Assembly (NCBI GenBank): GCA_035549315.1 | Contig: DASZRC010000003.1 | Span: forward strand, 10,374 to 74,373 | Direction: 5' to 3' | Length of the DNA stretch: 64,000 nt | Origin: Patescibacteria group bacterium | Lineage (GTDB): Bacteria > Patescibacteriota > Microgenomatia > Levybacterales > GWA1-39-11 | Shown here: positions 17,811 to 27,496 of the stretch, piece after piece | How positions within the stretch are numbered: the stretch's first letter is position 1 | How the letters are laid out: each line of letters begins with the position of its first letter | Position numbers and translations under genes: made by a program | The notes under the pieces: model-generated | What the model saw: the letters and a program-made list of their open reading frames with translations, nothing else | Told to the model about the DNA's origin: nothing | Databases searched by the model: none

Positions 17811-18764
17811 ATGGAAATATTTGATTTACACATAGACCTTTCTTCATTTTGTCTTACATCAGGACGGGGAAGTATTGAAAATAAAAATAGATTGGGTGAT
17901 TTTTTCTTACCTGACCAAGTGGATATCCCAAGATTAAAAAAAGGTAAAGTGAAGATTCTATTGGCCAATATTTGCCCGATCCTTGCTACTCCCCAGGGTT
18001 TTGAGCTCCCTGAGAACAGTATTAATGAAACTATGCGACAAATTAATTTTTATAAAACTCTTAAAGGTATAAATTTAATAGATAATTTAAATTCTAGGCT
18101 AAAAGGCATTTCGGCCCTACTTTCAATTGAAGGGGCTTATTTTATAGAACAAAAGAAAGATCTAGCATTATTGATTGAACTTAGAAAACTTGGCGTTGTT
18201 TCTATTTCTCCAACCTGGAATATAGATAACGCCCTAGGTACGGGTGCCGGTAATCAAAATTCTAAGACAGGATTAACAAGACTTGGACAGGAGTTTATTG
18301 AAATGTGTGAGGACACTGGCATAATAATAGACGCAGTTCACTCGAGCAGGGCTACATTCAAAGATATAGCAAGCTTTTCAAAGAAACCTTTCTTTGTTTC
18401 CCATACTGCTTCTTATACTGTAAATAATCATAGGAGGAATCTAAAAGATACTGAGATTAGAAGGGTTGCGAATAGCGGTGGAATAATTGGTTTAAGTTTT
18501 ATTAAAGACTTTATTGGTGGAAACTCAATAAATCTAGTTACCAAGCACTTAAAACATCTTCTAAACGTTGCTGGGGAAGATCATGTAGCAATTGGTAGCG
18601 ACTTTGATGGAATGGGTCAGGGAGATTTAATAAGGGGCATTGAAGATATTGGTATGATGCAGGGCTTATTCGAATTTTTTAAAATGAGTGGAATTAATAA
18701 TAGAATACTTGAAAAAGTTGCATGTAAAAATGCCCAAAAGTTCTTCAGAGATTCTCTAAAATAG
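17811..18764 (+). CDS. Membrane dipeptidase, M19 family
   Basis: DLHID, DAVHSS, VSHTAS and IGSDFDG blocks typical of renal-dipeptidase-family metallohydrolases. Confidence 0.65.
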   Translation: MEIFDLHIDLSSFCLTSGRGSIENKNRLGDFFLPDQVDIPRLKKGKVKILLANICPILATPQGFELPENSINETMRQINFYKTLKGINLIDNLNSRLKGISALLSIEGAYFIEQKKDLALLIELRKLGVVSISPTWNIDNALGTGAGNQNSKTGLTRLGQEFIEMCEDTGIIIDAVHSSRATFKDIASFSKKPFFVSHTASYTVNNHRRNLKDTEIRRVANSGGIIGLSFIKDFIGGNSINLVTKHLKHLLNVAGEDHVAIGSDFDGMGQGDLIRGIEDIGMMQGLFEFFKMSGINNRILEKVACKNAQKFFRDSLK

Positions 18765-18783
18765 ATATGATATTATTAAACGT

Positions 18784-19986
18784 ATGATAGAACCAAAAAC
18801 ACTTAAGGGGTTCCGTGACTTTTTGCCACGAGAAGCTAGAAAAAGACAATATGTCATTGATACCTTGAAAAAGGTATTTGAGTCTTATGGCTTTGAACCG
18901 CTTGAAACACCAACTCTTGAACTTGATGAGATACTAACAGGAAAATACGGCGAAGAAGGCGAACAATTAATGTATAGGTTTGAGGATAAAGGCGGACGAA
19001 AAGTTGCTATGCGTTATGACCAAACCGTACCTTTAGCCCGCGTTATAGCCCAATATGAAGGCAAACTCACTCTACCCTTTAAGCGTTACCAAATATCTAA
19101 TGTTTGGCGAGGTGAAAATACACAAGCCGGTAGATATAGGGAATTTTTACAGTGCGATGCTGACATTATTGGCTCTCCAAGTAGCGTAGCTGATGCTGAA
19201 ACCCTGGCGCTAGTTCTTGATATTTACTCTACCCTAGGACTTGATGTCCAGATAAAAATAAATGATAGGGCTAACTTTGAAGGATTAGATAAAAAATATG
19301 TTTCGGCAATCGATAAGTTAGACAAGATTGGGGAAGAAGGCGTAATTTCTGAATTAATTCAAAAAGGAATGAGTGAATCAGATGCAAAAGCTGCTCTTAG
19401 TAAGCTCCAAAATACTTTCTTAACGGCTAGAATTCACAAAATATTGGCAGATTTAAAAGCTATGGGGAAAGACGTAGGAAGAGTTAATTATATTCCTACT
19501 CTGGCACGCGGTCTTGATTACTACACCGGGATGATCTTTGAAACGGTTGCCGAGGGAAGCACCGGATCAATATGTAGCGGAGGACGCTGGGATGAAATGA
19601 TTGGGGTTTTTACCGGCAAAAGATATCCTGCCGTAGGATTTGGGCTTGGTTTTGACAGAACCGTTGAGGTTCTAGAAAGAAAAAACCTTATCCCGGACCT
19701 TACGGCAAAAACACAAGTTCTTGTGACGATCTTTTCATCCGATTTGCTCCAAAAATCTCTTGAAACAGTTGCTTCCATAAGGGAAGCTGGAATTGAGGCT
19801 GAGATTTATCTTGATGAAGGTGCAAAAATGGAGAAACAGATAAAGTATGCAAATACCAAACAAATACCTTATGTTGTAATTGTAGGACCAAAAGAAGTAG
19901 AAGATAAGACAATTACAGTAAAAAATCTTGCAACTGGCGAGCAAAAAACTGTTAGCTTGGAAAATCTTCCACAGATAATTGAATAA
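18784..19986 (+). CDS. hisS: Histidyl-tRNA synthetase (compact, 400 aa)
   Basis: KGFRDFLP N-terminal motif, class II aaRS motifs, C-terminal anticodon-binding domain. Confidence 0.85.
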   Translation: MIEPKTLKGFRDFLPREARKRQYVIDTLKKVFESYGFEPLETPTLELDEILTGKYGEEGEQLMYRFEDKGGRKVAMRYDQTVPLARVIAQYEGKLTLPFKRYQISNVWRGENTQAGRYREFLQCDADIIGSPSSVADAETLALVLDIYSTLGLDVQIKINDRANFEGLDKKYVSAIDKLDKIGEEGVISELIQKGMSESDAKAALSKLQNTFLTARIHKILADLKAMGKDVGRVNYIPTLARGLDYYTGMIFETVAEGSTGSICSGGRWDEMIGVFTGKRYPAVGFGLGFDRTVEVLERKNLIPDLTAKTQVLVTIFSSDLLQKSLETVASIREAGIEAEIYLDEGAKMEKQIKYANTKQIPYVVIVGPKEVEDKTITVKNLATGEQKTVSLENLPQIIE

Positions 19987-19988
19987 AC

Positions 19989-20912
19989 ATGAAACTGTCC
20001 AAAACTCAAATGGCCGTAATTGCATTAATGGCAGCCAACACCATTTGGGGAGCCGGCCCACCCTTTTTTAAATTAGCTTTAGAAAACATAGGTCCTTTTA
20101 CTCTGGCCTTTCTTAGGTTTTTTATAGCATCAGCCATAATCTTCCCTTTTGCCAAAAAATTTCTAAGGGTTGAAAAGGCGGATATGGCAGAGGTTTTTTT
20201 AGCAGGATTTTTAGGAATAGTTGTTAATATTTCTTTTTTCTTCTTGGGTTTAAAGCTTGCCCCCAGCATTAACTCTTCTATTATTACGTCCGCAGGTCCT
20301 GTTTTTTTACTATTAGCATCTTTTGTTTTTTTGGGAGAAAGACTAAAGAAAAAATTGGTAATAGGTACATTTGTGGGTCTATTTGGAGTCATATTAATAA
20401 TATTTGAACCAATATTTTCCACTGAGCCCAATCTGGATTTTATTGGTAACCTCTTCTTCTTTATTTCAATGCTTGGGGCAATTGCACACACTATAATTGG
20501 GCGGGAACTAGTCAAAAAATATAATCCACTTGGTGTTACTTTCTGGACATTTTTTCTTGCATCTCTTTGTTTCTTACCAATGGCAGTCAGTGAAAATATT
20601 CGTCAGAGCTTCTTACTAACTATCAATTTTTCCGTTATTTTTGCCATTCTCTGGGGGGCAATCTTCAGCTCGACAATCGCATATTTTTTCCTCTTCTGGG
20701 CACTCAAATATATGCCTGCAGCCTCCACCGGAGTGTTTACCTACATGGATCCGATTGCGACTATAGTTGTTGCTTACTTCTTGCTTGGTGAAAAACCCGA
20801 CACTTTTTATCTTGTAGGATCTTTATTTATATTCCTAGGGATCTACATTGCAGAAAGACGAATCCACTACCACCCTATCCATTTACTTCGACAAGGCCAA
20901 AACCAATCCTAG
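19989..20912 (+). CDS. EamA/DMT-family transporter
   Basis: Ten predicted TM helices arranged as two EamA-like repeats. Confidence 0.7.
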   Translation: MKLSKTQMAVIALMAANTIWGAGPPFFKLALENIGPFTLAFLRFFIASAIIFPFAKKFLRVEKADMAEVFLAGFLGIVVNISFFFLGLKLAPSINSSIITSAGPVFLLLASFVFLGERLKKKLVIGTFVGLFGVILIIFEPIFSTEPNLDFIGNLFFFISMLGAIAHTIIGRELVKKYNPLGVTFWTFFLASLCFLPMAVSENIRQSFLLTINFSVIFAILWGAIFSSTIAYFFLFWALKYMPAASTGVFTYMDPIATIVVAYFLLGEKPDTFYLVGSLFIFLGIYIAERRIHYHPIHLLRQGQNQS

Positions 20913-20950
20913 CCTTGATAATCTAGCCTAGAAGAGGTATAATACTAGTA

Positions 20951-21241
20951 ATGAAAGCTTCAATTCACCCACAATATTTTGACGATGCAGTTGTTGTTTG
21001 CTCTTGCGGCGAGAAATTTACTGTGGGCTCAACAAAACAAAACATTCACGTTGAACTTTGCAGCAAATGTCACCCATTCTACACAGGACAGCAAAGATTT
21101 GTTGATACAGCTTCACGTATTGAAAGATTCAAGATGAAGCAACAATCTCAATTAGCTCCAAAAGTTAAAAAAGATAAGAAACAAGCTGATGACCAACAGC
21201 CTCAGACTCTTCGTGACATGCTTCAAGCTTTAAAACGCTAA
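20951..21241 (+). CDS. rpmE: 50S ribosomal protein L31 with K-rich C-terminal extension
   Basis: MKASIHPQY...CSCG...[10 protein letters not shown] zinc-ribbon L31 signature. Confidence 0.85.
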   Translation: MKASIHPQYFDDAVVVCSCGEKFTVGSTKQNIHVELCSKCHPFYTGQQRFVDTASRIERFKMKQQSQLAPKVKKDKKQADDQQPQTLRDMLQALKR

Positions 21242-21280
21242 CAATTGACAATTGACTATTAACAATTGACAATTACTCCT

Positions 21281-22189
21281 ATGGAAAACAATTACATCCA
21301 AGACCAACTAGACCTACTAGATCAAAAGATTAAGGAAGCAGAAGAATTACTAACTGATGCCGAACTTGCTCCTATGGCAAAAGAGGAGATAGAAAGCCTT
21401 AAGAAGCAAAAAGAAGAGCTACAACAAGCAGCTAGTGGTAATTCTTATGAGGCTAGTGAATCCAAACCGGGAGACACCCTATCTTACAGAAATGCCATTA
21501 TTGAGCTAAAAGGAGCAGCCGGTGGAGATGAAGCAAAAATATTCTCACAAGAATTGCTCCGAATGTACCAAAGATTTGCCGAACTCCATGGTTTTCGCGT
21601 AGAACAACTAGACGAAAATACCATTAAGGTAATTGGGCGTAATGCTTTTGGATTATTTAAGTACGAAGCAGGAGTTCACCGCGTACAAAGAGTTCCTGAC
21701 ACAGAGAAGAAAGGCAGAGTTCATACCTCAACGGCTGTTGTATCTTCCCTACCCGAGCTTGAAGAAATTGATCTCCATATTAGTCCTGATGATATTGAAT
21801 TTGAGGCATACCGCGCGGGTGGACATGGAGGACAAAACGTTAATAAAGTTTCAACTGCGGTAAGACTAAAACATATTCCTTCCGGAATTGTGGTTACTTG
21901 CCAAACAGAACGCCAACAACACCAAAATCGCGAAAATGCTATGAAGATTTTGCGTGCTAAGCTTTGGGAAGCAGAACTTGAAAAAAGAGCTGACATGATG
22001 TCTGAACTTAAGTCAACCCAGGTTGGAAGAGGAACAAGAGCAGAAAAAATAAGAACATACAATTTTCCCCAAGATAGATTAACCGATCACAGAATTAATC
22101 AGTCCTACCACAATCTACCTGCAATTATGGACGGGGATTTAGAAAAGGTGCTATTAGACCTCAAAGCCGCAGAAAAAGAAACCGAGTAA
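21281..22189 (+). CDS. prfA: Peptide chain release factor 1 (compact); start set to ATG 21281 rather than TTG 21266
   Basis: GGQ motif ([11 protein letters not shown]) and a PxT-type tripeptide (PDT), which indicates RF1 rather than RF2. Confidence 0.8.
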   Translation: MENNYIQDQLDLLDQKIKEAEELLTDAELAPMAKEEIESLKKQKEELQQAASGNSYEASESKPGDTLSYRNAIIELKGAAGGDEAKIFSQELLRMYQRFAELHGFRVEQLDENTIKVIGRNAFGLFKYEAGVHRVQRVPDTEKKGRVHTSTAVVSSLPELEEIDLHISPDDIEFEAYRAGGHGGQNVNKVSTAVRLKHIPSGIVVTCQTERQQHQNRENAMKILRAKLWEAELEKRADMMSELKSTQVGRGTRAEKIRTYNFPQDRLTDHRINQSYHNLPAIMDGDLEKVLLDLKAAEKETE

Positions 22190-22190
22190 T

Positions 22191-22682
22191 ATGTCATCCG
22201 AAGTAATGCTACGTGTTAAAGCAATAGATCGAGTAAATGCGCTTATGCGTAGAAGATTGGAACAACAAAGATACATTCACGATGGCGCGATATCCAGAAA
22301 TAATCAGAATTTGGCTATTGCCTCAAGACAACGAATGGATAAATATCAAATAGCAATAAATGTAATGGGTGAAACTGATGATTTAATACTAGTGAGACAT
22401 GGGAATCGTAATATGAAAATAGAAGGATCTATTGATGGACACAAAGTATCAGTTTCTACTTGGATGAGCAGCAACCATTTCCGATTTGATGGAAGCGCCG
22501 GAGAAATCACCAGAAAATTTGGAGGAACATTCGATGGGAAAGAGCTTAACGCAAAACAGGCTCACGCATTTTTTAGCAGATATTTGTACGTGCTTAAGCA
22601 TATAAACTCTAGCCTAGCTTTTGTCAAAGAGGAAGAAGAAAAACATAGAAGAATAGAAGAAAGAATAAGAAACCAATTATAA
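22191..22682 (+). CDS. Hypothetical protein (163 aa)
   Basis: ORF immediately after prfA. It has no methyltransferase motifs, so it is not prmC. Confidence 0.45.
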   Translation: MSSEVMLRVKAIDRVNALMRRRLEQQRYIHDGAISRNNQNLAIASRQRMDKYQIAINVMGETDDLILVRHGNRNMKIEGSIDGHKVSVSTWMSSNHFRFDGSAGEITRKFGGTFDGKELNAKQAHAFFSRYLYVLKHINSSLAFVKEEEEKHRRIEERIRNQL

Positions 22683-23633
22683 ATTCTGTAGGACTTCGAC
22701 TACTTGATCAAGTGTAAGATTGGAACCTTTCATATCAGGATTTTTTGTACTTCCATTAAGTAGCATTCTTTTAGAAACATGTAGATACCAAGAAGCTTCA
22801 GGATCCATTTTCTTGAGTTTTTCATAAACCGGCGTCAAGTCTACATCTACATCGGAAAACTCCCCTTCTCCATTTGCTTCCCTAATCTCACTACTTCCAC
22901 TTCTTTTCTTTGGACGGGCCTTAATTCTGACATTTTCTGTTGATGGGTCTTTTCTAACAGTGACCACATAACCCATCATTTGCCCGAGCTTTAAAACAGT
23001 ATCATTTAGGGTTTCTACAGCTAACCCCTTACCCCATTTGGTATCAAATCTTATCCCCTTATCCTTTATTTCTTTTTCTGCCCAAATCTCATTTTCTAAA
23101 TAGTGATAAATACTGTCTAGAATATCCATTCCAAAATTAAGAGTTGTGAGGTCATCTTTGGGGTATAAAAGTTTTATTCCATGAATTAAAGAAACTATAG
23201 AAAAGTCATAAACCTTAAGCGTTGGATTAGGAAAGAAAACCTCCTGGAAATGGTCGTCATCAACTGCATAATCTACAATTCTTTTTAGAGCATCTAATTT
23301 GTTTTCGTCCTTTGCTAGATGCTCATTGTGTTCTAGAACATAGTCAAAGGCACGTGAGGTTGCGCATACATTGTCATCACTAGTCTGGTGGTGATCAAGA
23401 GGCGTAAGACCTGTATCAACATGAATTATGTCTGCCTCTTCTCCATCTCCCAATTCAATTTTTTCTATTACCTCCCCTTCGCGAAGATACTTTCCTGCAA
23501 GTTTTGAGCCGGCAGGAACAAATCTATGCTCCGCGTTCTCCCAACCTTCTAAAAATCTTTTTATAAACCAGGAGGAAGCAATTGCGTCCAAATCACAGGC
23601 TTTATGAGTAACTATAATCTTCATAATATTCAA
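22677..23633 (-). CDS. DHH-family phosphoesterase (NrnA/RecJ-like)
   Basis: DHH motif I (HKACDLDAIAS) and the LDHHQT motif (DHH). Confidence 0.65.
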   Translation of the reverse strand: MNIMKIIVTHKACDLDAIASSWFIKRFLEGWENAEHRFVPAGSKLAGKYLREGEVIEKIELGDGEEADIIHVDTGLTPLDHHQTSDDNVCATSRAFDYVLEHNEHLAKDENKLDALKRIVDYAVDDDHFQEVFFPNPTLKVYDFSIVSLIHGIKLLYPKDDLTTLNFGMDILDSIYHYLENEIWAEKEIKDKGIRFDTKWGKGLAVETLNDTVLKLGQMMGYVVTVRKDPSTENVRIKARPKKRSGSSEIREANGEGEFSDVDVDLTPVYEKLKKMDPEASWYLHVSKRMLLNGSTKNPDMKGSNLTLDQVVEVLQNL

Positions 23634-23805
23634 TAATTACCAAATTCCAATTAATCAACCAAGATTCAATGTTAAATAACTAAATTATTTTGAAAATTGG
23701 TCAATTGATTTATTGGTTATTGCCTAGCAAGTATACCTGTTTTAAGCATAATTAACAACTTTGGCCGGGGTTGACAAAGTATAAAGTTTACGCGATGATT
23801 TATGT

Positions 23806-24222
23806 ATGGATCCAAAGAAACAAAACTTAACCCCGGAGTTAAAACAAGTTTATGATAGGGTCATGAATACACAAGTTAGCAAGCCAGCAACGCCTGCTGC
23901 TCCAGCAGCACCCACTACTGCACCTGCAACACCAGCGAGTACACCTACCACTCCTATGCCTGCAACACCAGCAACGCCTGCTGCTCCAGCCGCACCCGAT
24001 ACATTTCTATCCTCTGTTCCTCCCAGACCATTAACAGATGATAAAACCTTTGTTTTTACAGGGAAAAAAGTTACAACACCAGAACACAAAGACGAGCATA
24101 AACAAACCCAACCTGCAGTTGCAGGTAGCAAGAAAATATCCGGGAAGATTATAGTCCTTTTGGTAGTAGTACTCGTAATAGTTTGGGGAGTCTTCTGGGC
24201 AAAACTTTTTGGCCTTATTTAA
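23806..24222 (+). CDS. Pro/Ala/Thr-rich protein with C-terminal TM anchor
   Basis: PATPAAPAAPTTAPATP repeats encoded by DNA direct repeats, followed by a hydrophobic C-terminal helix. Confidence 0.45.
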   Translation: MDPKKQNLTPELKQVYDRVMNTQVSKPATPAAPAAPTTAPATPASTPTTPMPATPATPAAPAAPDTFLSSVPPRPLTDDKTFVFTGKKVTTPEHKDEHKQTQPAVAGSKKISGKIIVLLVVVLVIVWGVFWAKLFGLI

Positions 24223-25907
24223 CCTCTAACAGATAGACTATCTAAGAACGATTCGAATGTATCTGTTTTTGATTCACTTTCGTTTCTTTTCTTTATCTCA
24301 ACTGTCCCCTCGCCTAACTTATCCGATACAACAAGACGAGTTGGAATACCAATAAGATCTGCATCTGCAAATTTTTCTCCGGCTGAAGTGTCACGATCAT
24401 CCCAAAGCACTTCAACACCAGCTTCATCTAACTGCTCATAAACTTTTTTAGCGTAAGATACATTGCCAAGATTTATAAGATGAACTTGGTAAGGCGCAAT
24501 ACCCTCAGGCCAAATAATACCCTTTTCATCACTATGAACTTCAACAATTGCAGCCATAGTTCTTGCTAAACCTATTCCATAACAACCCATGTAATAAGGT
24601 TTTTTTGAACCATCTTCTGCTGTAAATTCTGCGCCCTTCATTCTGGATGAATAATGAAAGCCGAGTTGGAAAATGTTTCCCACCTCAATCCCCTTCTTTG
24701 CTATAAGTTTCTTCCCATCAGAAGTTTCAAAACCTTCTTTTGCAAGCTTTAAGTCATAAAACTTATCCGGTTCTGCCAAGTCTCGACCAAAATTAACATT
24801 TATCACGTGATAGTTAGTCTTATTTGACCCCATCTCAAAGTTTTTCCTTCCCTTCATGGATTCATCCATAAATACCCTAACTTCTTTTGGCAAATTAAGT
24901 ATTCCAGCGTAACCAACCTCAGCTCCGGTTACACGCTTAACAGTCTCCGGACTAGCTAATTTTAATTCATATACTTTTGCAGCATGCTTGAGCTTTATTT
25001 CATTAATGTCATATCCCCCCCGCACCGCAGCCGCAATCACGTTTCCTTTTTCATCTTCAAAAAGTATAGTTTTTGTTGTAGACTCAACGGGTATTTTAAG
25101 ATATTTAGCTAATTCTTCTACTCCAATTATTCCCTTCCCTTCAACTTCTTCCATTTGCTTAGTTTCTTCATTTTGCTCTGTCATGTCTACGGCAAAAACC
25201 GCTACATCTTCATGAGCAGCATATTTTCCGTCCTCAGTAACCAAAAACTTACTTTCTCCGGCATCAGACTCAACAACAAACTCATGGCAATATTCTCCCC
25301 CAATGTAACCGTTATCTGATTCAACTTTTAATGTAGCTAACCCTAGTCTTTCAAATATTTTTGAGTATGTTTTTGCCATCAAGTCATATTCTTTCTTAAA
25401 GTCTTCTTCTGTTGCATGAAATGAGTATGCATCTTTCATAACAAATTCACGAAGTCTCAAAAGACCTCCCCTTGCCCTCATTTCGTCACGGAATTTAATT
25501 GAAAATTGATATAGATTTATAGGTAGATCCCTATATGAAAGTTGAAATTTACGAACCAGATCAACAAGCATTTCCTCTGCAGTCCCTCCTAAAACAAACT
25601 CGAATTCATTCCTATCTTTAATACTCATTAATTCAAATCCAACTGAATTTGTTCTATTTGTTTCTTCCCAAAGATGCTTAGGATGCAAAACCGGCGCTAT
25701 TATCTCTTCTGCTCCAGCATTATCCATTTCCTCTTTTATGATCTTTTGAATTTTTTGTTGAACTTTTAATCCTAGTGGTAATAAGTAGTACCTTCCAGCA
25801 ACAGACTCACGGATAAATCCACCTTTATAAAGTAGCTTGTGAGATGATAGGGTTGCATCCTTTGGAGTATCCTTAATTGTCTTCCCAAAAAGTTTTGAAT
25901 ATTTCAT
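24219..25907 (-). CDS. proS: Prolyl-tRNA synthetase (bacterial type)
   Basis: N-terminal KLLYKGGFIR...GRYYLLPLG and class II motifs. 562 aa. Confidence 0.85.
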   Translation of the reverse strand: MKYSKLFGKTIKDTPKDATLSSHKLLYKGGFIRESVAGRYYLLPLGLKVQQKIQKIIKEEMDNAGAEEIIAPVLHPKHLWEETNRTNSVGFELMSIKDRNEFEFVLGGTAEEMLVDLVRKFQLSYRDLPINLYQFSIKFRDEMRARGGLLRLREFVMKDAYSFHATEEDFKKEYDLMAKTYSKIFERLGLATLKVESDNGYIGGEYCHEFVVESDAGESKFLVTEDGKYAAHEDVAVFAVDMTEQNEETKQMEEVEGKGIIGVEELAKYLKIPVESTTKTILFEDEKGNVIAAAVRGGYDINEIKLKHAAKVYELKLASPETVKRVTGAEVGYAGILNLPKEVRVFMDESMKGRKNFEMGSNKTNYHVINVNFGRDLAEPDKFYDLKLAKEGFETSDGKKLIAKKGIEVGNIFQLGFHYSSRMKGAEFTAEDGSKKPYYMGCYGIGLARTMAAIVEVHSDEKGIIWPEGIAPYQVHLINLGNVSYAKKVYEQLDEAGVEVLWDDRDTSAGEKFADADLIGIPTRLVVSDKLGEGTVEIKKRNESESKTDTFESFLDSLSVRG

Positions 25908-25984
25908 TTATATAACTCCCGAGGTCTTACCGAGGGGTAGAACGAGTGTATCATCAAACCCTTTGGTTGACAATACACCCGTTC

Positions 25985-26833
25985 TTAGGCAGCTTTTGCC
26001 ATATTTTCGTAAGCTTGCTCTTGCTTTCTCTCTTCTTTACTCTGTCCATCCAATATTCCATCCCCTTCTTGTGGGACGAATTGGTTTAATAAAGCAATCA
26101 TTGCTTTAACAAGTAACTCTACTACGCTTACATTTTCTTCCTCTTTTTTATCTTTAAGAAGCTCTTCTAAAAGTGCTAGAGCTTGGCGAGATAAAACTAT
26201 GGCTTGCAAGCTAACCTCTGCATTTTTTAGCATTCCCTCTTTTAAGAGCTTGTTCTGCTCTATAAGGTTGTCTATCTTAGACTTAATTTCCTCTGCTCTT
26301 AAAAGCATTGGGTCCTGCTCTTCCTTTACTTCTTTTAGATCGGTAGGCTTTCCCTCTTCCAAAGGTGTATCTTCATCTTCCGAATCTTTTACTTTATCTT
26401 CAAAGATGCTTTCATCATTGGCAAGCTTGTCATAAGTTTCATCTGTCCCTAACTCTTTTGCCATTTTGGTAAGCTTCTCGTGATCCGGAACTTGATTGAT
26501 TTCTTCTTCTTTGTAATCCGGATCCAAAGCCCTGAGGCCGCGCATCTCTTTCTCTGCTTGAGATACGGCAACTCCTCCATTTTCACCAATTTGGGCTGAA
26601 ACTGATGCGCTTTCCCTCATGCCTGTAGCCAAAGTGTGAGGTTCTTTTGAAAGGAGAGATTGTGTGCGCCCTTTCTCTATTGCTTCTGATGCTTTGATGG
26701 TGTTTGATAAATGAGAATAAACAGTGCCTGCCTCCATTCCTACACCTGCTCTTGGTGCTACACCGCTAGGAACTCCTACTGATGCGTTAATTGTTGGTCC
26801 ACCCATTGATTCTGTCATGTTAATTTGTTTCAC
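25985..26833 (-). CDS. Hypothetical acidic coiled-coil protein (282 aa)
   Basis: ORF with E/K-rich heptad-like regions, co-oriented with two small ORFs downstream. Confidence 0.45.
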   Translation of the reverse strand: MKQINMTESMGGPTINASVGVPSGVAPRAGVGMEAGTVYSHLSNTIKASEAIEKGRTQSLLSKEPHTLATGMRESASVSAQIGENGGVAVSQAEKEMRGLRALDPDYKEEEINQVPDHEKLTKMAKELGTDETYDKLANDESIFEDKVKDSEDEDTPLEEGKPTDLKEVKEEQDPMLLRAEEIKSKIDNLIEQNKLLKEGMLKNAEVSLQAIVLSRQALALLEELLKDKKEEENVSVVELLVKAMIALLNQFVPQEGDGILDGQSKEERKQEQAYENMAKAA

Positions 26834-27155
26834 CCCCCTTCGCTAAAGATTGGAAGGGTTGGCCCCCTCCTGCCTTTAGGATCACCATTATTTGATTAAT
26901 TTTTTCGTCCCTATCTTTTGCTTCATATTCGGACATTCTTTTAATAAAGATGTCCAAAATTTCCGGTCTAGTTTCCGTAAGCTTATTCATTTTCATAAAT
27001 ACTTTTTTTGCTTCCTCTTCTGCAAATATCTCTAGTATTTCTTTCGCCAAAGTTTTGGCACCATATCTAGTTGTTTTACCGTGCTCCAGATTAACAATTA
27101 CTCTTATTAGCACGTCTCTTTTGAAATCTTTTTTGAATTGATCTAGGTTTTTCAT
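26820..27155 (-). CDS. Hypothetical protein (111 aa)
   Basis: ORF overlapping its neighbour by 14 nt, which suggests translational coupling. Confidence 0.4.
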   Translation of the reverse strand: MKNLDQFKKDFKRDVLIRVIVNLEHGKTTRYGAKTLAKEILEIFAEEEAKKVFMKMNKLTETRPEILDIFIKRMSEYEAKDRDEKINQIMVILKAGGGQPFQSLAKGGETN

Positions 27156-27157
27156 AT

Positions 27158-27388
27158 TTATGCAACTGCTTCACCTATCTTCTCTTTGGTTTCGCGGCCT
27201 TGTCTTTCTGCCTGCTCTTTTCTTTCTTTTGCGGCTTCAGCTTTTAGTAACTCTATCTCTAGATTTCTTTCTTCATTCTCAGCCGAAGCCGCATCAAACT
27301 CTACTTTGGCAACCTGCATTCTTGCTTCTGACAATGTTGCTCCGTTCTCAATCTTGCTTCCTTTTATTGATTGCTCGCTTGTTTTCAT
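27158..27388 (-). CDS. Hypothetical small coiled-coil protein (76 aa)
   Basis: ORF 3 nt from the next gene; E/K/A-rich. Confidence 0.35.
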   Translation of the reverse strand: MKTSEQSIKGSKIENGATLSEARMQVAKVEFDAASAENEERNLEIELLKAEAAKERKEQAERQGRETKEKIGEAVA

Positions 27389-27496
27389 GCTTGCAGTATA
27401 AGGCTAAGCCAAGGCTGAAACTTGATATTAAAGTTACAAGAACCTAACAGATTCGTCATTTACATTCCTCACCGCAGGCAGAAAAAGAGGTAGTAT

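Noticed and set aside
23880-24010. CRISPR-like repeats in the Pro/Ala/Thr codon tract.
   Set aside because: The repeats are in-frame coding direct repeats with no regular repeat-spacer periodicity and no cas genes nearby. No CRISPR array is present in the window.
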